DNA of 64,000 nucleotides from Parcubacteria group bacterium (GTDB lineage: Bacteria; Patescibacteriota; Minisyncoccia; Moranbacterales; UBA9337). The notes below the pieces were generated by a model. The model saw only the letters and a program-made list of their open reading frames with translations. It made no database searches and was not told the origin of the DNA. A program made the translations under genes and the position numbers. Of the stretch, positions 39,769 through 49,320 are shown piece after piece. The stretch's first letter is position 1; every line of letters starts with the position of its first letter. The stretch is from assembly GCA_041662245.1 (NCBI GenBank), contig JBAZSW010000002.1:11835-75834 (forward strand), given 5' to 3'.

Positions 39769-40755
39769 ATGAAAGAGAAAATAAAAATATTTAAATATTT
39801 CGGACTAGCTCTAATTATTTTAACAGGAACTGCTATTTGGTATTTTGCCAATAAGCTTTTTAGCGTAGATTATTTAAACAATTGGAGTGGGGTTTTGATA
39901 GCCGTAGCATTATTTTTTGTAGGATGGTCATTGGGAGCAATCATCATTAGAGATAAAAAACTATTTTTAGGAGCTACTTTTATTTCTTTAATAACTCAGT
40001 TGTTTTTTACTAAGAATATCAAGTCTTTTCTAATTATAGGCATCTCTTTTTTAATTTTATGGCTAGCAAGGAAATATATACGAAAGGAGATAAAAATGAG
40101 ATTAAAAATTGATACTTGGAATTATCTTAGAATAGGGAGGAGATTTATAATTCTAACAATAGCGTTAATGTTGGCAGGTCAATATTTTTTTTCTATTAAT
40201 CCTCAGATAAAATCAGAAAATTTGCCAAGATTAAAATTATATTCTAGCCAAGGAAGCTTTGTAACAAGAGTAGTGTCTTTTGTTCAGCCAGATTTGATAA
40301 AAGAAAATAGGGAGGCTGTTACAGTGGATGAATTTATTATTGATAAATTTAATGATGATCCTTTGGCATCAAAAAGATTTGGATCAAATGTAGATTTTGG
40401 CAACATCGACTATAATTTAAGAGAGGCTATCTTAAAGGAGGGCAGGAATGATGTGGCTAAAATGATTGGCCGAGATGTACAGGGAGACGAAAAAATGGTA
40501 GATATTTTCTTGGGAATTATAAACAATAAAATTGACGACTTTTTAAATGTTAATGTGGGATATATGAATAAAGATATGCCAATTGCTCAACTAATATTTA
40601 CAGTGGCAATCTTTTTGGCCATTATGGGTATGGGAATGATCATGAGTGTTTTTTTAATTTTTTTGGTAGCGATTGTTTTTAGGGGATTAATTTTTGTTGG
40701 CATGTTGTCTATTGATAAAAAAGCCGTTAATATGGAGGTAATTAAAATAGGCTAG
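39769..40755 (+). CDS. hypothetical membrane protein
   Basis: Multiple TM segments plus an external domain. Confidence 0.7.
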   Translation: MKEKIKIFKYFGLALIILTGTAIWYFANKLFSVDYLNNWSGVLIAVALFFVGWSLGAIIIRDKKLFLGATFISLITQLFFTKNIKSFLIIGISFLILWLARKYIRKEIKMRLKIDTWNYLRIGRRFIILTIALMLAGQYFFSINPQIKSENLPRLKLYSSQGSFVTRVVSFVQPDLIKENREAVTVDEFIIDKFNDDPLASKRFGSNVDFGNIDYNLREAILKEGRNDVAKMIGRDVQGDEKMVDIFLGIINNKIDDFLNVNVGYMNKDMPIAQLIFTVAIFLAIMGMGMIMSVFLIFLVAIVFRGLIFVGMLSIDKKAVNMEVIKIG

Positions 40756-40810
40756 TTTTTAAGTAAATTCGAAATGTTAAATTGACCAAGACGGTAATAT
40801 TAGAAATTAT

Positions 40811-41818
40811 ATGAATAAAAAAATAGGAGGAATAGTCTTAGTGGTAGTGATAATTTTAGTAGGATTGTTTTTATCGAAGGGGCCAAAGGAGAGTGGGAAT
40901 GTGGTTGATTTTGAAATAAAAAAGGGAGAGAATATCTGGAACACAGCGAGCAATTTAAAAAAGAACGGAATTATCGAAAGCAAAATTTATTTTGTTTGGT
41001 ATGTTTATACCAAAGATTATCGAGGAAAAATAAAAGCAGGGAAATATATGCTTAATTCAAATTTAAAGGTGGAAGAAATTTTGATGATTTTAGCTCAGGG
41101 CGATAGACAGGAAATAGATAAATCAATAAAAATTACTTTTCCAGAAGGCTTTTCACTAGAACAAATGAGTGAGAGATTAACTGAAAATGGATATGACGGG
41201 AAAAAATTTCTAGAATTATCAAAAAATCCTCAATATTTTATAGATAAATATAGATTTTCCTTTTTAGATAGTGTTCCAATAGGAAAGGGCTTGGAGGGAT
41301 ATCTATTTCCAGATACTTATTTTTTTTCTGAAGATGAAAATATGGAATCAATTATTGCAAAAATGTTGGATAATTTTGATAATAAATTATCTGAAGATTT
41401 GAGAAATGAAATAAAAAATCAAGGTAAGACAATTTACGAAATTGTGACTATGGCTAGCATTATAGAGAAAGAGGTAAGAACTTTGGAAGACAAAAAGATA
41501 GTAAGTGGAATTTTTTACAATAGGATGAAAAATGGGCAGGCTTTTCAAAGTTGTGCTACGTTAGCTTTTGCCTTGGGGGAAAATAAAAAACAGTATTCTT
41601 ATGAAGATACTCAAATAGATTCTCCTTATAACACTTATATCAACAAAGGATTGCCACCCGGACCGATTGCCAATCCCGGAATAGATTCAGTTATTGCTGC
41701 TATTCATCCCATTTGGTCTAATTATAATTTTTTTCTAAGTAACGCAGAAACAGGGAAAACTGTTTTTTCGATTACTTTAGAAGAGCATAATCGTAATAAA
41801 GATAGGAATGGATTGTAG
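40811..41818 (+). CDS. mltG: endolytic transglycosylase MltG
   Basis: TFPEG, LEGYLFPDTY, ASIIEKE, SPYNTY..GLPPGPIANPG. Confidence 0.95.
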   Translation: MNKKIGGIVLVVVIILVGLFLSKGPKESGNVVDFEIKKGENIWNTASNLKKNGIIESKIYFVWYVYTKDYRGKIKAGKYMLNSNLKVEEILMILAQGDRQEIDKSIKITFPEGFSLEQMSERLTENGYDGKKFLELSKNPQYFIDKYRFSFLDSVPIGKGLEGYLFPDTYFFSEDENMESIIAKMLDNFDNKLSEDLRNEIKNQGKTIYEIVTMASIIEKEVRTLEDKKIVSGIFYNRMKNGQAFQSCATLAFALGENKKQYSYEDTQIDSPYNTYINKGLPPGPIANPGIDSVIAAIHPIWSNYNFFLSNAETGKTVFSITLEEHNRNKDRNGL

Positions 41819-41937
41819 ATGAAGGAGTTTGTAAAGATATTAAAGGATTTTGAATTTGAAATTTTATTTGCATTATATTCCTATGCTTTAATGCTTCTTA
41901 TTTTAATGTTAAATTGTTAATATGTTAACATGATTTT

Positions 41938-42537
41938 ATGTTTTTTACTGGACCAGAAATTTTAAATTTTCTAAGTAATTGGGGATATCTTATTGTTTTG
42001 CCCTTGATGATTATTGAGGGTCCCATTGTAACAATTCTTTCGGCGATGTTAGCTTCGGCAGGAGTTTTTAATGTTTGGATTATTTTGATTCTCTCTGTGC
42101 TGGGAGATATTGTTGGAGATGTAATTTTGTATTGGATAGGAAAAATATGGGGAATGCATTTCGTGGATAAGGTTGGAAAATATATGGGGATTACCAGAAA
42201 GTTAGTGCTGAGGATGGAAAAATATTTCAATGGCCATGGTGGAAAAACCATTTTTGCAGTAAAATCTACCACGGGATTATGCTGGGCAACTTTTGTAGCG
42301 GCTGGAATTGTTAAGATGGATTTTGTAAAATTTGTGAAGTATTCAGTTTTGGGAGGAGTCATCTGGAGTGGATTTTTAGTTGCGATGGGTTATTTTTATG
42401 GATATATGTGGCAACAAATAAGACAATACATAGAATGGGCGGGTTGGTTAGCGATAGGATTAACTACAATTACATTTATTGGAATAACTTTATATAAGAA
42501 ATATAAATCAAAACAGCTATTGACAAATGGGGAATAA
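41938..42537 (+). CDS. DedA-family membrane protein
   Basis: IEGP, GD.I.YWIG, F..HGG, AAG....F. Confidence 0.88.
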   Translation: MFFTGPEILNFLSNWGYLIVLPLMIIEGPIVTILSAMLASAGVFNVWIILILSVLGDIVGDVILYWIGKIWGMHFVDKVGKYMGITRKLVLRMEKYFNGHGGKTIFAVKSTTGLCWATFVAAGIVKMDFVKFVKYSVLGGVIWSGFLVAMGYFYGYMWQQIRQYIEWAGWLAIGLTTITFIGITLYKKYKSKQLLTNGE

Positions 42538-42609
42538 TTTAGTATTGTATGAAGCTAGTTCTTATCAAAATTATATATTCAGATTAACAACTTATGTGTG
42601 AGGTAAAAC

Positions 42610-43587
42610 ATGAGAATATCAATTCTTGTTTCTGATTTGCACATTGCACCCTTTAAAGAGGAAAAATTTAAGACTCAGCAAAAAAACTTCATCGAATGGA
42701 TTATCCAGTTTTTTGCGAATGTTTTACAGAAAAAGGAAAAAAATATCTATGAAAAAATGAAAAAAGTTGTTGGTGAAAAAATGATCAATGTTGGAATATC
42801 CAATGGAGATCTAATGGAGTCTGTAGCTACTGAGCGTGGCTGGGCTACAAAACAGGATGTTGAGGAAGCAAAAGAAGTGGTACAAGAGCTTAAAAATAAC
42901 TTGAGCTTAAAAAAACTAGAATTAAATATGGGCAACCATGAATCGGGTTATATTCTGCCACTTTCAACCGATAACAATGGAGGAGTTTCTCTTCAGAGTA
43001 TTAGAAATTTCTTGGTTGTTGCTAAAAGAGATAAATTGTATCATTCATTTCTACTGGAGGGTTTTCAATTTATCTTTGTGCCGTATCTTTTTACCGAGCA
43101 AGTCGCTAAGGATTTTGATTTGAGTAAAGAGAAGAAAAAATTCTTAGCAGAAATGGAAAAAGAGTTTTCTTTTTCTAAAACGCCAATTATTTTGTTTGTC
43201 CATGATCCGGATTCATTGATGGATGAAGATTTGCTCAGTTTAATTCGGGTGAATCGCAAAAAAATAAAAGCCATCTTTTATGGACACTATCACTCTTGGA
43301 TGAATTTGTTTTTCTCCAAAATTTTGGTGAATATTTTTAATTGTTGGTGGTTACTTCCATTAAGGATGCTAGCTAATGCAATTTTCTGGATTATTTCAGG
43401 AAAAAATATGAGAATTGTTCGCGTGCTGGGAAAATATTTTCAATTGCGAAAAAATATTCCCGCAATAATCAAGGAGTTGAAAATGACCTTGATTCCTGCT
43501 CCGACTGGAATGTTTGGAATAGGGGGTGGCTTTCTAGTATTGGAAATATCTGATAATGGGAAGCTGGAAATAATAAAATATGATTAA
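42610..43587 (+). CDS. calcineurin-like metallophosphoesterase
   Basis: SDLH, GD, GNHE, H, GHYH motifs. Confidence 0.85.
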   Translation: MRISILVSDLHIAPFKEEKFKTQQKNFIEWIIQFFANVLQKKEKNIYEKMKKVVGEKMINVGISNGDLMESVATERGWATKQDVEEAKEVVQELKNNLSLKKLELNMGNHESGYILPLSTDNNGGVSLQSIRNFLVVAKRDKLYHSFLLEGFQFIFVPYLFTEQVAKDFDLSKEKKKFLAEMEKEFSFSKTPIILFVHDPDSLMDEDLLSLIRVNRKKIKAIFYGHYHSWMNLFFSKILVNIFNCWWLLPLRMLANAIFWIISGKNMRIVRVLGKYFQLRKNIPAIIKELKMTLIPAPTGMFGIGGGFLVLEISDNGKLEIIKYD

Positions 43588-43601
43588 TTTGGGGGTAAAG
43601 A

Positions 43602-43835
43602 ATGGACGCAAACGGAATTTTTTGGATTGTTATGGGTATTGTTGGTCTAACTGTTTATTTCGTCGCAGTTACTCGTCCAAGATTTCATATTTATGCGAGT
43701 AATGCAGATCTCGCGGGATTGCCAGGGGCTATTATTGCTACGGCCATCTCTTTGACAACCGTAGGTGTCTTGATAGCAATAATATTTTTGTCGGGTTTAG
43801 CCACCAAATACGAGATAGTTATCCCATTACAATAG
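43602..43835 (+). CDS. small two-TM hypothetical protein
   Basis: Hydrophobic ORF with GGGGT SD; terminator at ~43847-43873. Confidence 0.6.
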   Translation: MDANGIFWIVMGIVGLTVYFVAVTRPRFHIYASNADLAGLPGAIIATAISLTTVGVLIAIIFLSGLATKYEIVIPLQ

Positions 43836-43934
43836 GTTGTTTGAATCCCGTTTTCCTTGAGGAGGAAAACGGGTATTTATTTTTGTTGTGTTATAATTAA
43901 GGTATAATTTGTTAATTTTTTAAAAAATAAAAGT

Positions 43935-44093
43935 ATGGCGGATAACTTATCTCAATTAAAAGACAAAATTCACAATCTAGAAAAACAACGGGAAATGATG
44001 TCCGATAAAATTCATGAATTAGATAGAGAGCTGGAAAAAATGAAAGAAAATATCAGAGAGATAGAGATGATAGTGGAAGATATAGAGAAATAG
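43935..44093 (+). CDS. small coiled-coil protein (52 aa, absent from the ORF track)
   Basis: MADNLSQLKDKIHNLEKQREMMSDKIHELDRELEKMKENIREIEMIVEDIEK; heptad pattern; TATAAT upstream. Confidence 0.6.
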   Translation: MADNLSQLKDKIHNLEKQREMMSDKIHELDRELEKMKENIREIEMIVEDIEK

Positions 44094-44371
44094 TATTTTA
44101 ACACGTTAGCGTATTAACATTAAAACAAATGAGCAAATATAATGATTTCAGATGCCAAATTGCAAAGTCCCAATAAAATCCAAATTTATTAATTTAATAT
44201 ATTTAGTCATTTATTTGAAATTAGGCATTGGGATTTTGATATTTTTATATATGCACAATTTTCAAATCAAAAATGCTATTGGCGTCGTTAAATGCCCTTA
44301 TTTATTCCTGAACTTCATATGGAAACTCTCTCTTGCCCAAAAAATCTAAAAGGAATAGAATTATTTTGCAT

Positions 44372-44520
44372 GAACTGGTAGCGAGTAGAGAATTTATTTC
44401 CCAAAAAAGTTTCTTTTTCCCCGGCTTTTCGTTTCACACAGTAGCTACAAAAAAGAATCCTTTTTCGGTAAATAAATTCAACGTTATAGTATTGAAATAG
44501 TTTTTACTCGATACCGCTTA
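44372..44520 (+). mobile_element. 149-bp MITE-like structured element, copy 1
   Basis: Identical to 54675-54823 and 60670-60818; imperfect TIR; flanks CAT/TAT. Confidence 0.85.
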
Positions 44521-44567
44521 TATGATTGCCGAGGAGAAATAGAATAAAAATTCAAAATAGACTAAAT

Positions 44568-45389
44568 ATGGTAGGAAAAATTTTAAGAAAAACAAAGAGT
44601 ATTTTGTTTGCTAATCCAAAGCTTCTTTATGAAAAAGAAAAGCATTTAATTAATAAATCTTTTTATTTTAAAGGAACCAATAGAAAAGCGGTACTTCTTT
44701 TGCATGGTTGGTCAGCTACGCCTTATGAAGTAAGAAGATTAGGAAAGTATCTCAATGAGGCAGGATATACAGTTTATGGTCCTACACTGACAGGTCATGG
44801 AACAAGTCCCGAAGATTTGGAAAATGTTAAGTATGAAACTTGGCTAAATGATACTGACAATTTTATAAAAAAATTAAAAGATGGTTACGAAAAGGTTTAT
44901 GTGGGTGGAACTTCTATGGGGGCAACTTTGGCGCTTTGTGCTGCCAAAAATCATCCGGATATTGCGGGCTTGATATTGATGGCGATGCCTTATAAGGTCA
45001 GATATGAACGAACAGGGACATGGGCATTAAATTTTTTGAAAATTTTCAAAAAATATCGAAAAAAAATATATCCACCAACTTTTGGTTCCAGAAGAACAAT
45101 TACTCGGCTTATTTCTTATCAAGAATATCCCATTAGCAGTGTTTTGGAGCTGGCTAAATTAATAAAAAAATCAAGAGAGTGTCTAGCGGAAGTGACTCAG
45201 CCATGTTTTATCATGCAATCAAGCACAGATCATATCGTTACAAAAAGTAGCATGAAAAATATTTATAAAAAGATAGGTTCTCAAGAAAAAAAGAAAAAGT
45301 ATATAAGAAAATCTTATCACACTTTTATCTCGGATATAAAAAATGAAAATGTTTTTGAGGAAATACTTAAATTTATAGAGTCGATATAG
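44568..45389 (+). CDS. alpha/beta-hydrolase (carboxylesterase/monoacylglycerol lipase-like)
   Basis: LLHGW, GHG, GTSMG nucleophile, D (DHIV), H (SYH). Confidence 0.88.
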   Translation: MVGKILRKTKSILFANPKLLYEKEKHLINKSFYFKGTNRKAVLLLHGWSATPYEVRRLGKYLNEAGYTVYGPTLTGHGTSPEDLENVKYETWLNDTDNFIKKLKDGYEKVYVGGTSMGATLALCAAKNHPDIAGLILMAMPYKVRYERTGTWALNFLKIFKKYRKKIYPPTFGSRRTITRLISYQEYPISSVLELAKLIKKSRECLAEVTQPCFIMQSSTDHIVTKSSMKNIYKKIGSQEKKKKYIRKSYHTFISDIKNENVFEEILKFIESI

Positions 45390-45551
45390 GAGGATAGTTT
45401 TTAACTAGTAGCAGGTAGCTTTTTAGATTAGGAGACATTAATTGAGTGATGAAAACGTATACTTGTGAAAAAATGATTAAACTTTTTATTTTAAGAAGCT
45501 GTAAGTTAATTTTCTAAAAAGCTAATTACTAAAAAACTAAAAAGCTAAATT

Positions 45552-46715
45552 ATGAAAATTGCTATTTTCACCAACAATTATTTGCCGAATCCTTATGGCG
45601 TGACTACTTCCATTGAAAGTTTTCGAAAAGAGTTTGAAAAAAAAGGGCATACGGTCTATATCTTTGCTCCAAAAACGAAAGGATATGATGATAAAAACAA
45701 AAATGTTTTTCGTTATCCTTCTTTGGATATAAAATATAAAATAAGATTTCCTTTGCCTATCCCATATTCTAGTGAAATTGACAGAATAATAGAAAAATTG
45801 AAAATTGACATTATCCATTCCCAGCATCCCAATCTTTTGGGAAGTGTGGCTCGGCGTTGGGCGAAAAAAAAGAACATTCCTATCGTTTTTACTTGGCATA
45901 CTATTTATGATAAATATACGCACTATACGCCAATTATCCCTCAGAAATTTTCTGCTTATTGGGTGATAAAAAACTCAGTTAGGTATGCTAATAATGTAGA
46001 TAAAATAATTATCCCTACCGAGTCTGTAAGAAAGATTGTAAAAAAGTGGGGAGTGATTAAGGATAATATTGAAGTTGTAGCCACTGGAGTAGATGAGGAA
46101 ACTTTCAGAAACGGTGATTGGAAAAAAATAAGAGAAGAGCTGAATATTAAAAGTGATAAGAAAATAATTCTTTCCATTTCTCGTTTAACAGAAGAAAAGA
46201 ATGTTTTATTTTTAACAAAGGAAGTGATCAAAGTGTTGAAAAGAAATCCCAAAACAGTGTTTATTTTAGGAGGAGATGGGTATCTCAGGAATAGACTAAT
46301 AAGACTAGTAAATGAATCGAAAGTAGGAGAACAAGTTTTTTTTGTGGGTTTAATTGAACGTGAACAAATAAAAAATTATATGGGCTTGGCTGATATTTTT
46401 GTTTATGCCTCACAAAGTGAGACTCAAGGAACGATTATCACCGAAGCAATGTATTTGGGGCTTCCTATCGTGGCGATAGATGCTTTGGGGGTGGGGGATT
46501 TAATAGAAGATGGCGTAACGGGAATATTATCTTCGGGTAAAGGAAATGATTTTTCTAAAAAAATAGATAGGCTTTTGTCGAGAGAAAAATTGGCTTTATC
46601 AATCGGAAACAATGCCAAGAAAAAGGCTAAAAATAATTATACTAGCAAAGTGTGCGCAGATAAGATGCTAAAAATATATGAGAAATTAATTCAAAGTGCA
46701 AAGATAAAAAATTAG
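45552..46715 (+). CDS. GT4 glycosyltransferase, diacylglycerol glucosyltransferase-like
   Basis: KIAIFTNNY.P...GV.TS, HSQHP, T.HT.Y, EKN, SETQG. Confidence 0.88.
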   Translation: MKIAIFTNNYLPNPYGVTTSIESFRKEFEKKGHTVYIFAPKTKGYDDKNKNVFRYPSLDIKYKIRFPLPIPYSSEIDRIIEKLKIDIIHSQHPNLLGSVARRWAKKKNIPIVFTWHTIYDKYTHYTPIIPQKFSAYWVIKNSVRYANNVDKIIIPTESVRKIVKKWGVIKDNIEVVATGVDEETFRNGDWKKIREELNIKSDKKIILSISRLTEEKNVLFLTKEVIKVLKRNPKTVFILGGDGYLRNRLIRLVNESKVGEQVFFVGLIEREQIKNYMGLADIFVYASQSETQGTIITEAMYLGLPIVAIDALGVGDLIEDGVTGILSSGKGNDFSKKIDRLLSREKLALSIGNNAKKKAKNNYTSKVCADKMLKIYEKLIQSAKIKN

Positions 46716-46916
46716 AGTTAAGATGATCAAGCTGTTATAGAAGGATAATATTTTGTGAGTATTTTTTAGATAGCAGTTAAGATTTGAAAAGGCACGTTTC
46801 GTTTTTGATGCAGCTTCTTTTGTTGATAAAATTAATATTTTAGTTTATCATAATGAAAATATTAGTAGGGGGCAATTTGGCCAAAATGGTTAGCTCTTTT
46901 TATAGGAGGTAGACAA

Positions 46917-47324
46917 ATGCATAGCAGAATGCTGTGGGGAATTGTTTTTATAGGAATTGCTTTTTTGACGAGCTCTTGTGGACGTAATGTAAGTGAGGGA
47001 ACTACAAAAATAAATCCCCCCTTAAATCAAGATGCTGGAGTAAGTAAGAAAGACTCGGTAGCAACGAAGAAAGATAATAACAAAAAAGTTACAAAAAAAT
47101 CTTCCACTAAAAAAAGTAAAAAGATAGGGAAAAAAGCAGAGGAAGAAGTTGCTGCTAGTGCCAATGAAAGAAAATCGACGAATGGCAGGACTGGTTTGAT
47201 TGGTGCCTATATGGATTTTGTAGACAATAGTCCACTTAATCCTATGAATATGAAGGGCGCAGGCGCACTCCCGCCACCTGTAACTAAGGCAATGGAAATG
47301 CAGGGCATGAAAAAACAGGAATAA
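46917..47324 (+). CDS. putative lipoprotein, Lys-rich/disordered
   Basis: Signal with LTSSC lipobox-like motif; AGGAGG SD; terminator 47352-47381. Confidence 0.6.
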   Translation: MHSRMLWGIVFIGIAFLTSSCGRNVSEGTTKINPPLNQDAGVSKKDSVATKKDNNKKVTKKSSTKKSKKIGKKAEEEVAASANERKSTNGRTGLIGAYMDFVDNSPLNPMNMKGAGALPPPVTKAMEMQGMKKQE

Positions 47325-47448
47325 GGAAATTTTTATGGATGAGGCTATAGGAGCGTTTCGAATGTACTACTTCGAAACGCTAATTTTTTGGAGATGTTCA
47401 ACTTTTTTTGATTCTTGACTAATTATTTTTTTGGAGTACTATTTTAAT

Positions 47449-47591
47449 AGGAAGGGGGTTGGATCCTCTTTATAGCGAAAATTGAATAATAATCAAGGTG
47501 TCCCGTTAAATCGGGAAAGCTAGATGGAACCGCGAGAATTCTCGTTCTAGCAATTTAATTTTTTAGATTGTTTGGGATGAGGATTTTTTTT
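47449..47591 (+). promoter_or_regulatory. T-box riboswitch (short form) upstream of glyQS
   Basis: Antiterminator GCTAGA-TGGAACC-GCG...CGT-TCTAGC (47519-47551), CCGTTA box at 47503, overlapping terminator with T-run 47584-47591. Confidence 0.85.
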
Positions 47592-47661
47592 ATTTTTTAT
47601 AATAAAATTTAATTTTTTCTGGCTAATTTAGCTAAAGGTTAAAAAGCTAAGAAACTAAAAT

Positions 47662-49050
47662 ATGATTTTAAAAAAAGAAAGAGAAGAGAATAATTTAATG
47701 GAGAAAATCGTTTCTTTTTGCAAAAGAAAGGGTTTTATTTTTCCATCAAGTGAAATTTACGGGGGATTTGCCAACTCTTATTCCTACGGTCCTTATGGAG
47801 CGGAACTGAAAAATAATATTAAAAAGTTGTGGTGGAAAAAGGTAGTGCAAGAAAGAGAGGATATCATCGGAATTGATGGACCGATTTTGCTTAATTCAAA
47901 ATTATGGGAGGCTTCAGGGCATACTAGTGGATTTAACGATGCTATGGTGGATTGTAAAAAATGTAAAAAAAGATTTCGAGCTGATCATGTTGTCGAGGAG
48001 GCGACGGGCAAAGATTTGGAGGGACAGCTAGAAGCAATGACTAAAGTTTTAAAAGAAGAAAAAGTAAAATGTCCCGAATGCGGTGAATCAGATTGGACCA
48101 ACGTGAGAGAAATGAATATGATGTTTAAAACGGAAATGAATGGTTATTACGGGGATGTTTATTTACGACCAGAAACTGCGGGAGCTATCTTTATTGAGTT
48201 TAAAAATATCGTTGATTCTATGCGAGTGAAAGTTCCCTTTGGGATTGCTCAAATAGGAAAGGCTTTTCGTAATGAAATAGTGGCGGGTAATTTCATTTTT
48301 AGACTTCGTGAATTTGAACAGATGGAGATTGAATTTTTTATTGATCCAGAAAAAGATTGGGAAACTGTTTTTGAAAATTGGACTATTTTTCAAGAGAATT
48401 TTGCGATGGCTTTGGGAGCGAAAAAAGAAGATTTAAGAAGATATGAACATGCTAAAGAAAAATTATCGCATTATTCAAGAAAAACTGTGGATATCGAATA
48501 TAAATTTCCTTTTGGTTTTGGAGAACTGTTTGGTTTGGCTCATCGAGGAGATTTTGATTTATCCCAACATGCTAAATTTTCGGGTAAAAAATTGGAATAT
48601 TTTGATGCTGAAAAAAACAGAAGATTTGTGCCTCATGTTATCGAGCCAACTTTTGGCTTGGACAGGAGCATTCTTTTGACGTTGCTGGCGGCTTATCGCG
48701 AAGAGCAGATGGAAGATGGAAGCGAAAGAGCAGTGATGAAATTTCCTAAAAATTTAGCGCCTATCAAAGTAGCAATTTTTCCTTTGCTAAAAAATAAACC
48801 GGAATTAGTTAAAAAAGCCAAAGAAATTTTTGATAATTTGAAAGGTGACTTTATGTGCGAATTTGATGATAATGGGAACATTGGGAAAAGATACCGTCGT
48901 CAAGATGAAATTGGAACTCCTTATTGCTTGACGGTAGATTTTGAAACATTGGAAGACGGATGTGTTACTGTGCGGGACAGGGACACGATGGAGCAAAAAA
49001 GAATTAAAATTGAAGAATTAAAAAGTTTTCTAGGTGAGAATTTAAAATAA
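47662..49050 (+). CDS. glyQS: glycyl-tRNA synthetase (alpha2 type)
   Basis: SSEIYGG, ASGH, LRPETA, GKAFRNE, FRLREFEQME, IEP.FG, RRQDEIGTP. Confidence 0.96.
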   Translation: MILKKEREENNLMEKIVSFCKRKGFIFPSSEIYGGFANSYSYGPYGAELKNNIKKLWWKKVVQEREDIIGIDGPILLNSKLWEASGHTSGFNDAMVDCKKCKKRFRADHVVEEATGKDLEGQLEAMTKVLKEEKVKCPECGESDWTNVREMNMMFKTEMNGYYGDVYLRPETAGAIFIEFKNIVDSMRVKVPFGIAQIGKAFRNEIVAGNFIFRLREFEQMEIEFFIDPEKDWETVFENWTIFQENFAMALGAKKEDLRRYEHAKEKLSHYSRKTVDIEYKFPFGFGELFGLAHRGDFDLSQHAKFSGKKLEYFDAEKNRRFVPHVIEPTFGLDRSILLTLLAAYREEQMEDGSERAVMKFPKNLAPIKVAIFPLLKNKPELVKKAKEIFDNLKGDFMCEFDDNGNIGKRYRRQDEIGTPYCLTVDFETLEDGCVTVRDRDTMEQKRIKIEELKSFLGENLK

Positions 49051-49086
49051 TTTTCAAAGATAAATTTCACAAAAGGGGGATAGGCT

Positions 49087-49212
49087 ATGCCGGAATATGA
49101 AATTTTAAATGAAAATGGTTTTTTTGTGGGCAGTGCTCCAGCGAATAGAACTGAAATAAAGGAACGTATCGGATGGCTAGGTTCAACGGCTGATGAGCTG
49201 CCGGAGAATTAA
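49087..49212 (+). CDS. possible 41-aa peptide
   Basis: AGGGGGA SD; MPEYEILNENGFFVGSAPANRTEIKERIGWLGSTADELPEN. Confidence 0.3.
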   Translation: MPEYEILNENGFFVGSAPANRTEIKERIGWLGSTADELPEN

Positions 49213-49320
49213 TTAATACCACACAGGGACTTGAGAAGGAATAAACAAAAGGATAAGGAAAGGAACATCGCTCCTTTCCTTAAAGCTAGTTGATTGAGTA
49301 AATCTATATCTAGATAAAAT

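Noticed and set aside
44152-44371. 65-aa ORF, or a small gene disrupted by MITE copy 1
   Set aside because: The ORF starts in low-complexity repeats; an alternative frame (MPLFIPEL...) is short and unsupported.
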